NCBI RefSeq assembly: GCF_021054785.1
Contig: NZ_CP088239.1
Location: forward strand, 1,920,001-1,952,000
Length of the DNA stretch: 32,000 bases
Direction of reading: 5' to 3'
Source: Tannockella kyphosi
GTDB taxonomy: Bacteria > Bacillota_I > Bacilli_A > Erysipelotrichales > Coprobacillaceae
The notes under the pieces are model-generated. The model was given only the letters and a program-made list of their open reading frames with translations, searched no databases and had not been told where the DNA came from. The translations under genes were made by a program, and so were the position numbers. Position 1 is the stretch's first letter, and each line of letters opens with the position of its first letter. Below, piece by piece: positions 1 to 9,331 of this stretch.

Positions 1-623
1 TTATTGGAACTCTTGCTGGTAAAACAGTACTTGCAATGAAAGGTCGTTTTCATTATTATGAAGGTCATGATATGGAAACTGTTGTATTACCAATTCGAGT
101 ATTTAAGAAATTAGGAATTGAAAACTTAATTCTTACGAATGCTTGTGGTGGTATTCGTGAAGATTTAAATCCTGGTCAAATTATGTTGATCACAGACCAT
201 ATTGGTTTCTACTGTCCAAGTCCATTACGTGGTCCTAACTATGATGAGTTTGGTCCTCGTTTCAAAGATATGACAGAAGTATATTCTAAAAAAATAGGTG
301 CTATTGCCTTAGATGTTGCTAAAAACAATAATATTTCATTAGCCAAAGGTGTGTATGCATTCTTTAAAGGACCTATGTATGAAAGTCCTGCTGAAATCTT
401 AGCTTATAAAGCATTAGGTGCTGATACAGTAGGGATGTCTACTGTTCCTGAAGCAATTGTTGCTAGACACTGTGGAATGACTACTTTAGGTATTTCTTTA
501 ATCACAAATAAGGCTGCTGGTCTTGGAAATAGTGAATTAAGTCATAGTGAAGTAGTAGAAGCTGCCAATGCAGCAGAAAAGAATTTAGTTACTTTAGTCA
601 CTGGTATTGTAAAAGAATGGTAA
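1..623 (+). CDS. punA: Purine nucleoside phosphorylase (PunA/trimeric type), 5' end cut by window edge
   Basis: The reading frame is open from base 3 (IGTLAGKTVLAMKGRFHYYEG...). It carries GRFHYYEG and VGMSTVPE-type motifs typical of PunA-family PNP. It ends in TAA at 621-623 and is followed by a hairpin terminator. Confidence 0.9.
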   Translation, partial: IGTLAGKTVLAMKGRFHYYEGHDMETVVLPIRVFKKLGIENLILTNACGGIREDLNPGQIMLITDHIGFYCPSPLRGPNYDEFGPRFKDMTEVYSKKIGAIALDVAKNNNISLAKGVYAFFKGPMYESPAEILAYKALGADTVGMSTVPEAIVARHCGMTTLGISLITNKAAGLGNSELSHSEVVEAANAAEKNLVTLVTGIVKEW

Positions 624-656
624 AAACATGAAGAAATTCATGTTTTTTTATTTTTT
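622..656 (+). terminator. Rho-independent terminator after punA
   Basis: Stem AACATGAA (625-632), loop GAAA, stem TTCATGTT (637-644), followed by a T-run. Confidence 0.7.
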
Positions 657-685
657 GGTTATACTAACCAAAAAGGAGAATGAAT

Positions 686-1663
686 GTGTGTACTTCTATT
701 ACTTTAGAAAGCTTTGATAATTATCATTTTATAGGTAGAACAATGGATATTGAATATGATTTTCAACAGTCTACCTTATGTATACCTAGAGATTATTTAT
801 GGACTAATCGTTATGATAAATCTTTTCATCATAATCGTTATGCTATTATAGCCATGGGTTGTGTGGTAGAAAACCACCCTTTACTTGCTGATGGGATGAA
901 TGAAGTAGGACTAGCCATTACGGCCTTAAATTTCCCTACCTATTGTGTTTATGAACAACCCAATTCCAATTCCATTAGTGCTTATGATGTAGTTTTACAA
1001 CTAGTTGGTAGTTGTAAAACTACACAAGAAGCAAAACAACAATTAGAAAGTTGTGCAATAATAGATTATCCCTTTAACAAAGAACTGCCTTTACCTTCTT
1101 TGCATTGGATGATTTATGATAAAAGTGGAACTTGTTTGGTGGTAGAAATTACTAAAAATGGTAAAAAGATCTATGATAATCCAGTTGGGGTACTAAGCAA
1201 TGCTCCTACTTTTGATTATCATTTAATGTCTTTACATAGATATAGTGGTTTAAGCAACAAAAATCCAGCTAGTACACTTTGGGGTAATTATAAGATGCAA
1301 GGAGATGGCGTAGGACTCGGGATGATGGGTATTCCTGGTGATTTCTATTCGAATTCACGTTTTGTAAGAGCTAGTTGTTTGCGAGAGTTTTCTAATACAA
1401 ATAAAAATAAAGAAAAAACATTATCCAATCTCTTTCATATATTAGATAATGTAGCAATGATTTCTGGTGTTGCTTGTTGCAATAACTTTCATCACATTGC
1501 AATATACACCTGTGTTATGTCACTAGAAACAGGAACTTATTATTATAAAACATATGATAATTCATCTTGGAATGCTACTTCTTTTGATAGGATGAATCTT
1601 AATAAAAAGAATATTACTGTTTTCCCTTATTTCAATACTCCTACTATTCATTATTATAAATAG
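686..1663 (+). CDS. Choloylglycine hydrolase family Ntn-hydrolase (bile salt hydrolase / penicillin V acylase-like)
   Basis: The N-terminus is (M)CTSITL...GRTMD, the Cys-nucleophile pattern of linear amide C-N hydrolases. NAPTF and SNSRFVRA motifs occur downstream. I place the start at GTG 686 rather than the track's ATG 680: GGAG at 675-678 is 7 nt from the GTG but only 1 nt from the ATG. Confidence 0.85.
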   Translation: MCTSITLESFDNYHFIGRTMDIEYDFQQSTLCIPRDYLWTNRYDKSFHHNRYAIIAMGCVVENHPLLADGMNEVGLAITALNFPTYCVYEQPNSNSISAYDVVLQLVGSCKTTQEAKQQLESCAIIDYPFNKELPLPSLHWMIYDKSGTCLVVEITKNGKKIYDNPVGVLSNAPTFDYHLMSLHRYSGLSNKNPASTLWGNYKMQGDGVGLGMMGIPGDFYSNSRFVRASCLREFSNTNKNKEKTLSNLFHILDNVAMISGVACCNNFHHIAIYTCVMSLETGTYYYKTYDNSSWNATSFDRMNLNKKNITVFPYFNTPTIHYYK

Positions 1664-1745
1664 ACTTTTCATCTAATGAAAAAATAGGCTTGTTTTTGTT
1701 TTTTGATATATACTTTTATTTGTAAATAACAAGGAGGAACAGATA

Positions 1746-3122
1746 ATGGCAGAAGGTGTTAAGATTGTTACAATTGGTGGAGGAAGTAGTTATACTCCAG
1801 AATTGATGGAAGGATTTATTAATCGTTTTGATGAATTACCTATTCGTGAAATGTGGTTAGTAGATATTGAAGCAGGAAAAGAAAAGATGGAAATCGTAGG
1901 TGAAATGGCTCAACGTATGTGGGATGCATCTCCTTATGATGTAAAAGTACATTTAACATTAGATAGAAGAGAAGCATTAAAAGATGCTGATTTTGTTACT
2001 ACACAATTCCGTGTTGGTTTATTAAATGCACGTATTAAAGATGAAAGAATTCCTTTCTCTTATGGTATGTTAGGACAAGAAACAAATGGTGCTGGAGGAA
2101 TGTTTAAAGCATTTAGAACAATCCCTATTATTTTAGGTATTGTAGATGATATGCGTGAATTATGTCCAAATGCATGGTTAGTTAACTTTACAAATCCAAG
2201 TGGTATGGTTACAGAAGCAATTATTAAATATGGGAAATGGGACAGAGTAATTGGTTTATGTAACGTACCAGTTGGTGCAATGATGAAAGAACCTGAAATG
2301 TTAGGTTTAGAATTAAAAGATTTAATTTATCAATTTGCTGGTTTAAATCATTTCCATTGGCATAAAGTAAGTGATCAAAAAGGAAATAATGTTACTGCAC
2401 AAATTATTGATAAAATGTATAGTGAAGATTCTGGTATTCCAGCAAATATTCATGATATTAAATTCTCTAGAGAATTAGTTGATCAAATGGGAATTATTCC
2501 TTGTGGTTACCATCGATATTATTATATGGCAGATGAAATGTTACAACATGGTATTGAAGAATATAATACGATTGGTACTCGTGGTCAACAAGTAAAACAA
2601 ACAGAAGCAGAATTATTTGAATTATATAAAGATCCTAATTTAGACCATAAACCAGAACAATTAGCGAAACGTGGTGGAGCTCATTATTCTGATGCTGCTT
2701 GTGAAACTATTGCATCTATTTATGCTGATAAGAAAACACATGTTGTTGTTTCTTGTAAAAATAATGGTGCTATCCCTGATTTACCTAATGATAGTGCTGT
2801 AGAAGTTTCTGCTTATATTACTGCTGCTGGACCAATGCCAATTGCATGGGGACCAATGGAACCAGCTCAAAGAGGTTGGTTACAAGTAATGAAAGCAATG
2901 GAAGAATGTGTTATTGAAGCTGCTGTAACTGGTGATTATGGATTAGCGTTACAAGCATTTACTTTAAATCCACAAGTAAGATCTGGAGCATGTGCAAAAC
3001 AAGTTTTAGATGAATTATTAGTAGCTCATAAAGCTCATTTACCTCAATTTGCAGATAAAATCGCTGAATTAGAAGCTGCAGGTGTTGTTGTAAAAGACGA
3101 AATTGCAAGAGACTTAGTTTAA
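1746..3122 (+). CDS. Glycoside hydrolase family 4 6-phospho-beta-glucosidase (CelF/LicH-like)
   Basis: N-terminal KIVTIGGGSSYTPEL NAD-binding motif. GLCNVP motif with the conserved GH4 Cys. Length is 458 aa. RBS AAGGAGG lies upstream. Confidence 0.85.
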   Translation: MAEGVKIVTIGGGSSYTPELMEGFINRFDELPIREMWLVDIEAGKEKMEIVGEMAQRMWDASPYDVKVHLTLDRREALKDADFVTTQFRVGLLNARIKDERIPFSYGMLGQETNGAGGMFKAFRTIPIILGIVDDMRELCPNAWLVNFTNPSGMVTEAIIKYGKWDRVIGLCNVPVGAMMKEPEMLGLELKDLIYQFAGLNHFHWHKVSDQKGNNVTAQIIDKMYSEDSGIPANIHDIKFSRELVDQMGIIPCGYHRYYYMADEMLQHGIEEYNTIGTRGQQVKQTEAELFELYKDPNLDHKPEQLAKRGGAHYSDAACETIASIYADKKTHVVVSCKNNGAIPDLPNDSAVEVSAYITAAGPMPIAWGPMEPAQRGWLQVMKAMEECVIEAAVTGDYGLALQAFTLNPQVRSGACAKQVLDELLVAHKAHLPQFADKIAELEAAGVVVKDEIARDLV

Positions 3123-3128
3123 TTTTCA

Positions 3129-3156
3129 AAGGAAGAGTGAACTCTTCCTTTTTTTA
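3129..3156 (+). terminator. Rho-independent terminator after the GH4 gene
   Basis: AAGGAAGAG (3129-3137), loop TGAA, CTCTTCCTT (3142-3150), then a T-run. Confidence 0.8.
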
Positions 3157-3185
3157 TGCTATGATAAATGCAATGAGGTGAGGAT

Positions 3186-3635
3186 ATGAAAGAAAGATAT
3201 GAATTATTGATTCAACAATTAGATGCATTATTTGAAGGAGAAAGTGATCAAATAACAATCCTTAGTAATGCTTCTGCATTACTATTCCATAATCTAGACA
3301 ATCTTAATTGGGCTGGTTTTTATTTGTATAAAAATAGTGAATTAATATTAGGACCTTTTCAAGGAAAAGTTGCTTGTATGCATATTCCTTTAAATAAAGG
3401 TGTGTGTGGGAAAGCAGCTAGTACTAGAGAAATACAATGCATTGAAAATGTTCATGATTTTCCTGGACATATTGCTTGTGATGGGGCAAGTAATTCAGAG
3501 ATTGTTGTTCCAATTGTGATTGATAATGAATTGTTTGGAGTTTTAGATATTGATTCTTTTGAATTTAGTAATTTTAATGAAATAGATGTTACTTATTTAG
3601 GTTTATTTATAGAACATTTAATAAAATATTTATAG
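3186..3635 (+). CDS. msrC: GAF-domain free methionine-(R)-sulfoxide reductase (YebR/MsrC family)
   Basis: GPFQGKVACMHIPLNKGVCGKAA...GHIACDGASNSEIVVPI...GVLDIDS closely follows my recollection of E. coli YebR/MsrC, including the conserved Cys residues. RBS GAGGTGAGG lies upstream. Confidence 0.8.
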   Translation: MKERYELLIQQLDALFEGESDQITILSNASALLFHNLDNLNWAGFYLYKNSELILGPFQGKVACMHIPLNKGVCGKAASTREIQCIENVHDFPGHIACDGASNSEIVVPIVIDNELFGVLDIDSFEFSNFNEIDVTYLGLFIEHLIKYL

Positions 3636-3646
3636 GGAGAATTGTT

Positions 3647-4606
3647 ATGATACGTTATGGGATTTTAAGTACTGCTAGTATTGCAAAGAGATTTATTGAT
3701 GGAGTTCGTGAATCAAAAGATGGTTGTGTGGTAGCTATTGCATCAAGAAGTGTAGAAAAAGCACAAAGTGCTGCAAAGGAATTTGGTATTGATACTTATT
3801 ATGGAAGTTATGTAGAATTATTTGAAGATGAATCGATTGATATTGTCTATATTCCTACTATGAATGAATTACATTATCGTGATTGTAAGATGGCATTAGA
3901 ACATGGAAAACATGTTCTAATGGAAAAACCTTTTGTTTTGGTTGAAAAAGATGCAAAAGAGTTATTTGATCTTGCAAAAGAAAAAGGATTATTTTTAATG
4001 GAAGTTCAAAAATCAGTTTTTTTACCAACTACTAAGAAAGTAAAAGAACTAATAGAAAGTGATGAAATAGGTGAGGTTCGTTATATTGAACTAAAAGCTA
4101 GCTTTCCAGCTAGATTTACGACTGATCATTGGATGTATAATTTAAAAATGGGTGGTGGTTCTCTATATGGTAGTGCTACTTATACTATTGAATTATTACA
4201 ATATTTATTTGATGATCCGACTATGGAAATTGATGGTAGTATGATACCTGGTCCTAATGGAATAGATGAAATGTGTAATTTCCAATTATGCATCAATAAC
4301 TTTATTTTAGTTTCTTCTACTATTACCATGAATATTGCATTACCTAACCAAGCTGTTATTTATGGAGCAAAAGGATATATCGTAATTCCTAATTATTGGA
4401 AGTCAAATCATTGTGTTGTTCACTATCCTGATGGTTCTACTAAACAATATGATTTCCCTTATCAAAGTGAATTTGTATATGAAATAGAACATGTCCATGA
4501 CTGTATCAAAAAAGGACTCTTAACAAGTCCTATTATGCATCCTAATAAAACCATAGAAACAGTCCGTTTAGTACATCTTCTACAACATAAATGGCATAAA
4601 ATATAG
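3647..4606 (+). CDS. Gfo/Idh/MocA family oxidoreductase
   Basis: N-terminal Rossmann segment IRYGILSTASIAKRF. EKP motif (MEKPF). Length 319 aa is typical of the family. Confidence 0.85.
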   Translation: MIRYGILSTASIAKRFIDGVRESKDGCVVAIASRSVEKAQSAAKEFGIDTYYGSYVELFEDESIDIVYIPTMNELHYRDCKMALEHGKHVLMEKPFVLVEKDAKELFDLAKEKGLFLMEVQKSVFLPTTKKVKELIESDEIGEVRYIELKASFPARFTTDHWMYNLKMGGGSLYGSATYTIELLQYLFDDPTMEIDGSMIPGPNGIDEMCNFQLCINNFILVSSTITMNIALPNQAVIYGAKGYIVIPNYWKSNHCVVHYPDGSTKQYDFPYQSEFVYEIEHVHDCIKKGLLTSPIMHPNKTIETVRLVHLLQHKWHKI

Positions 4607-4628
4607 ACGAGCTAAGCTCGTCTTTTTT
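4605..4628. terminator. Bidirectional hairpin terminator between convergent genes
   Basis: AGACGAGC (4605-4612), loop TAA, GCTCGTCT (4616-4623), then a T-run. It lies between the oxidoreductase stop (4606) and the AEC transporter stop (4627). Confidence 0.8.
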
Positions 4629-5544
4629 ATACAAATAAGATTAATAAAGTAATACAAATAATAATACTTATAATAATACTAATTGAATTTGTCATTGCTG
4701 GTACATCTTTTTTATAGCCACATTGTAATATAAAAACAGGTGCAATCGTAGATAAAGGAGAATATACAGTCAATACCAATACTTGCTTTGCAAGGATTGG
4801 TAAAGGAATAACAAAATAAATAAGTAACGCTAATAATGTATTTACTCCATATCTTGTTACCAAAATACGGATAACATCTCCAATTTCTTCTTTACTAATC
4901 TTTAATTCTAATAATACCCCAATCATCAACATTACTAAAAATCCATTTGCATCACCAACATAACTACAAATTGTCATTACTTCTTCTGGTAATGATAATT
5001 CAAAAATAGCCATTACTACAATTACCATATATGTTAAAAAAGGTGGTGAAGCTTTTAATTTATCTGTTAAATCTTTTAGGTGAAACTTTGTCTTTTGGGT
5101 TGCAACAGCACTAGCTAAAGCAAAGCTACCTCCTAATACCATAATCGCATTCCCAACATCAAACATACAGATATATGCTACTCCTACTCCTGGAAAGAAC
5201 GCTTCACAAAAAGGAATAATAAAATTACCAATATTATACCCTGAACAACAAAGCATATAATTTGCTTTATCTGTTGGTTCTTTTTTGATACTAACTAAAT
5301 AAGCACTTAATAATAGTACAAGATTAAATATTAACCCTAAACATAAAACAACAAGCATTGTTGCATCAAAACTTATTCCTGTTGCACTTGTAAAAAGAGC
5401 ACAAGGCAATGTTACATTCATAATGATGGCTGCTAATGTATAACCATCTTCTTTTTTTACCATTTTTAATTTTTTTAATACTACCCCTGCTAAAATCACT
5501 AAGATAAAACCTAATGACTGAACTAATACATCTTTCATTGCCAA
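4627..5544 (-). CDS. AEC (auxin efflux carrier) family transporter
   Basis: 305-aa polytopic membrane protein in two hydrophobic halves. Its overall sequence character matches the AEC/malate-permease-like family. RBS GGAGGA lies upstream. Confidence 0.75.
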   Translation of the reverse strand: MAMKDVLVQSLGFILVILAGVVLKKLKMVKKEDGYTLAAIIMNVTLPCALFTSATGISFDATMLVVLCLGLIFNLVLLLSAYLVSIKKEPTDKANYMLCCSGYNIGNFIIPFCEAFFPGVGVAYICMFDVGNAIMVLGGSFALASAVATQKTKFHLKDLTDKLKASPPFLTYMVIVVMAIFELSLPEEVMTICSYVGDANGFLVMLMIGVLLELKISKEEIGDVIRILVTRYGVNTLLALLIYFVIPLPILAKQVLVLTVYSPLSTIAPVFILQCGYKKDVPAMTNSISIIISIIICITLLILFV

Positions 5545-5593
5545 TCCTCCACTGCTCTATTTTATCTTATTCCTATCATTAATAAGCATAATT

Positions 5594-5624
5594 TCAAACA
5601 AAGAAAAAGAGCTTACGCTCTTTT
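5594..5624 (-). terminator. Rho-independent terminator after the GntR-family gene
   Basis: On the minus strand: AAAAGAGC GUAA GCUCUUUU followed by UCUUUGUUU. The hairpin overlaps the TAA stop at 5623-5625. Confidence 0.7.
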
Positions 5625-6294
5625 AATCTTTATTATCATAGTAATGTTTTACTAAGAATTGTGTTTTACGAATATGATTTTGAATCTTTTCTTTTGCTTT
5701 TTCTTTGTCTCTTTCTACAATTGCTTCATAGATTTCACGATGTTCAATTGCTGCACTTTCTAAACGTTTTGGTTGACGAATAGAATGTCTTGAAGTGACA
5801 TGAATATAGTAATTAATATCTTTTAGTAATTGTTCGAAATATAAAGATTGTGTTCCTTTATAAATAGACTCATGGAAACTAATATTTAATTCATTGAATT
5901 TATCTTGGTCTCCTTTTTTAGCATAGAACTCCATTAAATCATAGATCTCTTTGATTTTCGCTAATTGAGATTCATCAATTCTTTCAATCGCTAATTGAAT
6001 TGCTAATCCTTCTAATGCATAACGGATTTCTAACATATCATCAATATCTCGTCCTGAAAAGCCTAATACATATACTCCTTTATTAGGAATACTTTTTACT
6101 AAACCTTCTAATTCTAACTGTTTTAAAGCTTCTCGGATTGGTGTTCTAGAAATGTTTAACTCTTTTGACAAAGCTACTTCATTTAATTTTTGACCAGCCT
6201 TATATTCTTCATTTAAAATTTTATCTCTTAGAACTATAAAAATACGACTACCTAATGACCCATGTGTTGTGTTTTCAAATATTTTATTCGTCAT
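5623..6294 (-). CDS. GntR family transcriptional regulator with FCD (FadR C-terminal) domain
   Basis: wHTH segment LSKELNISRTPIREALKQLELEGLV followed by a helical C-terminal domain. I move the start to ATG 6294 (MTNKIF...), which is preceded by AAGGAGG at 6-7 nt. The track start at 6318 would overlap icd by 14 nt and has no RBS. Confidence 0.85.
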   Translation of the reverse strand: MTNKIFENTTHGSLGSRIFIVLRDKILNEEYKAGQKLNEVALSKELNISRTPIREALKQLELEGLVKSIPNKGVYVLGFSGRDIDDMLEIRYALEGLAIQLAIERIDESQLAKIKEIYDLMEFYAKKGDQDKFNELNISFHESIYKGTQSLYFEQLLKDINYYIHVTSRHSIRQPKRLESAAIEHREIYEAIVERDKEKAKEKIQNHIRKTQFLVKHYYDNKD

Positions 6295-6304
6295 ATTATC
6301 CTCC

Positions 6305-7297
6305 TTATAACTCTGCAATTACTGCTTTTGTAAACTGTTCTGTAGTAGCATTTCCTTGAATATCAGGAGTTACACATTTTCCTTTAGCTACCACTTTCGC
6401 TAACGCTTCTCTTAATTGATCTGCTTTTGCTTTTTCACCCATTGCTTCTAACATTAAACCAAACGCTAATAATAATGCACTTGGATTTGAAATTCCTTTA
6501 CCAGCAATATCTGGTGCACTACCATGCACTGCTTCATAAATACGGAACTCATCTCCAATATTTCCACTTGGTGCAAAACCTAAACCACCAACTAATCCTG
6601 CACATAAGTCTGAAACAATATCTCCATATAAGTTAGGAGCTACTAAAACATCATATTTTTCAGGACGAATAACTAGTTGCATACACATGTTATCCACAAT
6701 TACTTCTTCCATCTCTATTTCTGGATAATCTTTTGCTACACTACGGAAAGCTTCTAAAAATAATCCATCTGTATATTTCATAATGTTTGCTTTATGTACT
6801 GCTGTTACTTTTTTACGTCCGTTTGCTTTTGCATAATCAAAAGCATAACGACATATTTTTTCACTAGCTTGACGTGTAATTAATTTTACTCCGTTTGCCA
6901 TATCTTTGGTAACCATATATTCGATACCTTTATATAAATCTTCTGTATTTTCACGAATAATGACTAAATCAACATCTTCATATTTTGAATTAATTCCTTG
7001 AAAACTACGGATTGGTCGAACATTCGCATAAGTATCAAATTGTTGTCTTAAGGCAACATTCACACTACGAAAACCTGTTCCAATTGGTGTTGCTGTAGGA
7101 CCTTTTAAAGCCCATTTATATTCATTAATAGCGTCAATTAATCCTGGTTCAAATACTTCTTTAGTCTTAAGACCATATTCAGCTCCAGCTTGAAATGTAA
7201 CCCATTCAATGCCTGTTTGTAATGCTTCACTTACCATTTCTACACTCTTTGATATTTCATGCCCAATTCCATCACCTGGTATTAATACAGCTTTCAT
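6305..7297 (-). CDS. icd: Isocitrate dehydrogenase (isocitrate/isopropylmalate dehydrogenase family, short ~330 aa form)
   Basis: FRSVNVALRQQFDTYANVRPIR...IIRENTEDLY matches the IDH substrate-binding motif (compare E. coli RSLNVALRQELDLY...FRENSEDIY). It is translationally coupled to aconitase through a TAATG overlap at 7295-7299. Confidence 0.8.
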   Translation of the reverse strand: MKAVLIPGDGIGHEISKSVEMVSEALQTGIEWVTFQAGAEYGLKTKEVFEPGLIDAINEYKWALKGPTATPIGTGFRSVNVALRQQFDTYANVRPIRSFQGINSKYEDVDLVIIRENTEDLYKGIEYMVTKDMANGVKLITRQASEKICRYAFDYAKANGRKKVTAVHKANIMKYTDGLFLEAFRSVAKDYPEIEMEEVIVDNMCMQLVIRPEKYDVLVAPNLYGDIVSDLCAGLVGGLGFAPSGNIGDEFRIYEAVHGSAPDIAGKGISNPSALLLAFGLMLEAMGEKAKADQLREALAKVVAKGKCVTPDIQGNATTEQFTKAVIAEL

Positions 7298-9219
7298 TAA
7301 AAGTCTCCCCCTATTTCTTTAATCGCATTTAACAATCCACCATATTCAATCATTACTCTTTCTCTAGAAGATAATGATAAACAAGCTTCAATACTAGTAT
7401 TTGTAGTACAATTTTTAACTTCTACTACCCCTTTATCTAATGATTCTTTTAAATCACTCATTACATACTCATCTTGATCATTAAAGAAATCATAATCAGA
7501 TTGTTCAATAACAAATGGTAAAATACCATTATTTATTAAATTAGAACGATGAATTCTTGCAAAAGATATTGCAAAAATAGCTTTTATTTTTAAATAGTTA
7601 GGAACTAATGCTGCATGTTCCCTAGAAGAACCTTGTCCATAGTTATCACCACCAACAATAAAACCACCATTGTTATCCATTGCACGTTGATAGAATCCTT
7701 CATCTACTTTACAATAAGAGAATTTTGCTAGATGTGGTACATTAGAACGATATGGTAATAATTTAGAATCAGAAGGAACAATATGATCTGTAGAAATATT
7801 GTCTCCTACTTTTAATACAACTTTTCCTTTTATAGAATCTGTTAATTTTTCACCACGAGGAACCGGTTTAATATTAGGTCCCATTACTACTGGTGCACTA
7901 TTATCATATTCATCTAAGAAGAACCCTGCATTTTTTACAAATGGTGTATTAGGAACTTCTGTTAATAACATAGAATCATCAAAATCTAATGATAAATATC
8001 CTTTAATTGCACTTAATGCTGCAATTTCAGGTGATACTAAATAAACACTTGCATCATTTGTTCCAGAACGTCCTTTAAAGTTACGATTTATCGTACGTAA
8101 AGAAACTCCTTTCGATAATGGTGCTTGCCCCATTCCAATACATGGTCCACATCCACATTCTAAAATACGTGCTCCAGCTTGTACCATTTTTGCTAGTGCT
8201 CCATTTTGACTAAGCATTGCAAGAATAGAACTAGAACCTGGTGCAATAACTAATGAAACATCCGGATGTACTGTATTTCCTTCTAATATCTTAGCAGCTT
8301 TCATCATGTCTGCAAAAGATGAATTCGTACAACTTCCAATTACTACTTGATTGATTTTTAATCCTTCTACTTCACTTGCAGCTACAACTGCATCAGGACT
8401 ATGTGGTTTAGCAACCATTGGTACTAACGCACTTAAGTCTACCACTAATTCTTGATGATAAGTAGCACCTTCATCCGCTTGCATTGGAATATAGTCTTCT
8501 TCTCTTCCTTGTTGTACTAAATACTCTCTCGTTCTTTCATCACTAGGGAAAATAGAAGTAGTTGCTCCTAATTCTGCCCCCATGTTACAAATAGTAGCAC
8601 GTTCTGTTAATGATAAAGAAGCTACACCTTCTCCACAATATTCAATAATTTTATTTACTCCACCTTTAACAGTTAATTGTTGTAAGACATATAAAATAAT
8701 ATCTTTTGCACTAACCCAAGATGCTTTTATTCCTTTTAACTCTACTTTAACAACACTTGGACAAGCTAAATAATACTTACCAGAAGCCATTGCTACAGCA
8801 ACATCTAGCCCTCCTGCTCCAATTGCAATCATACTCATTGCTCCACATGTAGGAGTATGAGAATCTGAACCTACTAAAGTTTCCCCCGCTTTAGAAAAGT
8901 TTTCTAATTGTAACTGATGACACACCCCGTTACCTGGTTTTGAAAAAACAATTCCGTGTCTTTTTGCTACACTACGAATAAATTCATGATCATCCATATT
9001 TTCAAATCCTGTTTGAAGCATGTTGTGATCAATATAAGCCACTGCTTTCTTTACTGCAACATGATCAATGTCCATTGCTTCTAATTGTAAATAAGCCATT
9101 GTTCCTGTTGAATCTTGTGTTAGTGTTTGATCAATCTCTATCGCAATTTGTTGACCAGGTACTAATTCACCCTCTTTTAATTTAGACCCTAATATCTTGT
9201 AAGTTAAATTTTTTGCCAT
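7297..9219 (-). CDS. Aconitate hydratase (approx. 640-aa clostridial-type aconitase)
   Basis: Aconitase family domains with Fe-S ligand regions (GSDSHT, GSCTNSS, CGPCIGMG) and a swivel domain (GDNYGQGSSREHAA). Confidence 0.9.
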   Translation of the reverse strand: MAKNLTYKILGSKLKEGELVPGQQIAIEIDQTLTQDSTGTMAYLQLEAMDIDHVAVKKAVAYIDHNMLQTGFENMDDHEFIRSVAKRHGIVFSKPGNGVCHQLQLENFSKAGETLVGSDSHTPTCGAMSMIAIGAGGLDVAVAMASGKYYLACPSVVKVELKGIKASWVSAKDIILYVLQQLTVKGGVNKIIEYCGEGVASLSLTERATICNMGAELGATTSIFPSDERTREYLVQQGREEDYIPMQADEGATYHQELVVDLSALVPMVAKPHSPDAVVAASEVEGLKINQVVIGSCTNSSFADMMKAAKILEGNTVHPDVSLVIAPGSSSILAMLSQNGALAKMVQAGARILECGCGPCIGMGQAPLSKGVSLRTINRNFKGRSGTNDASVYLVSPEIAALSAIKGYLSLDFDDSMLLTEVPNTPFVKNAGFFLDEYDNSAPVVMGPNIKPVPRGEKLTDSIKGKVVLKVGDNISTDHIVPSDSKLLPYRSNVPHLAKFSYCKVDEGFYQRAMDNNGGFIVGGDNYGQGSSREHAALVPNYLKIKAIFAISFARIHRSNLINNGILPFVIEQSDYDFFNDQDEYVMSDLKESLDKGVVEVKNCTTNTSIEACLSLSSRERVMIEYGGLLNAIKEIGGDF

Positions 9220-9240
9220 TACTTATCCCCCTTCTGTATT

Positions 9241-9279
9241 ATTGTATACAATTATATAAGATTCTACTATGCTTGTAAA
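9241..9279 (-). promoter_or_regulatory. Predicted sigma-A promoter of the acn-icd-gntR operon with an overlapping 12-bp palindrome (candidate GntR operator)
   Basis: On the minus strand: TTTACA (9279-9274), a 17-nt spacer, then TATAAT (9256-9251). The perfect palindrome ATTGTATACAAT (9241-9252) overlaps the -10 and the expected transcription start. Confidence 0.5.
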
Positions 9280-9331
9280 TAAAAGTGTTTGTTTTTATTT
9301 GTTTTATGGTAAAATTAGGCGAGGTGAGTAT

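Noticed and set aside
6427-8773. Track ORFs 6427-6636(+), 7799-8044(+) and 8582-8773(+), which lie antisense inside icd and aconitase.
   Set aside because: They lie entirely within strongly supported genes on the opposite strand. They have low-complexity, AT-codon-biased translations, no RBS and no recognisable motifs.
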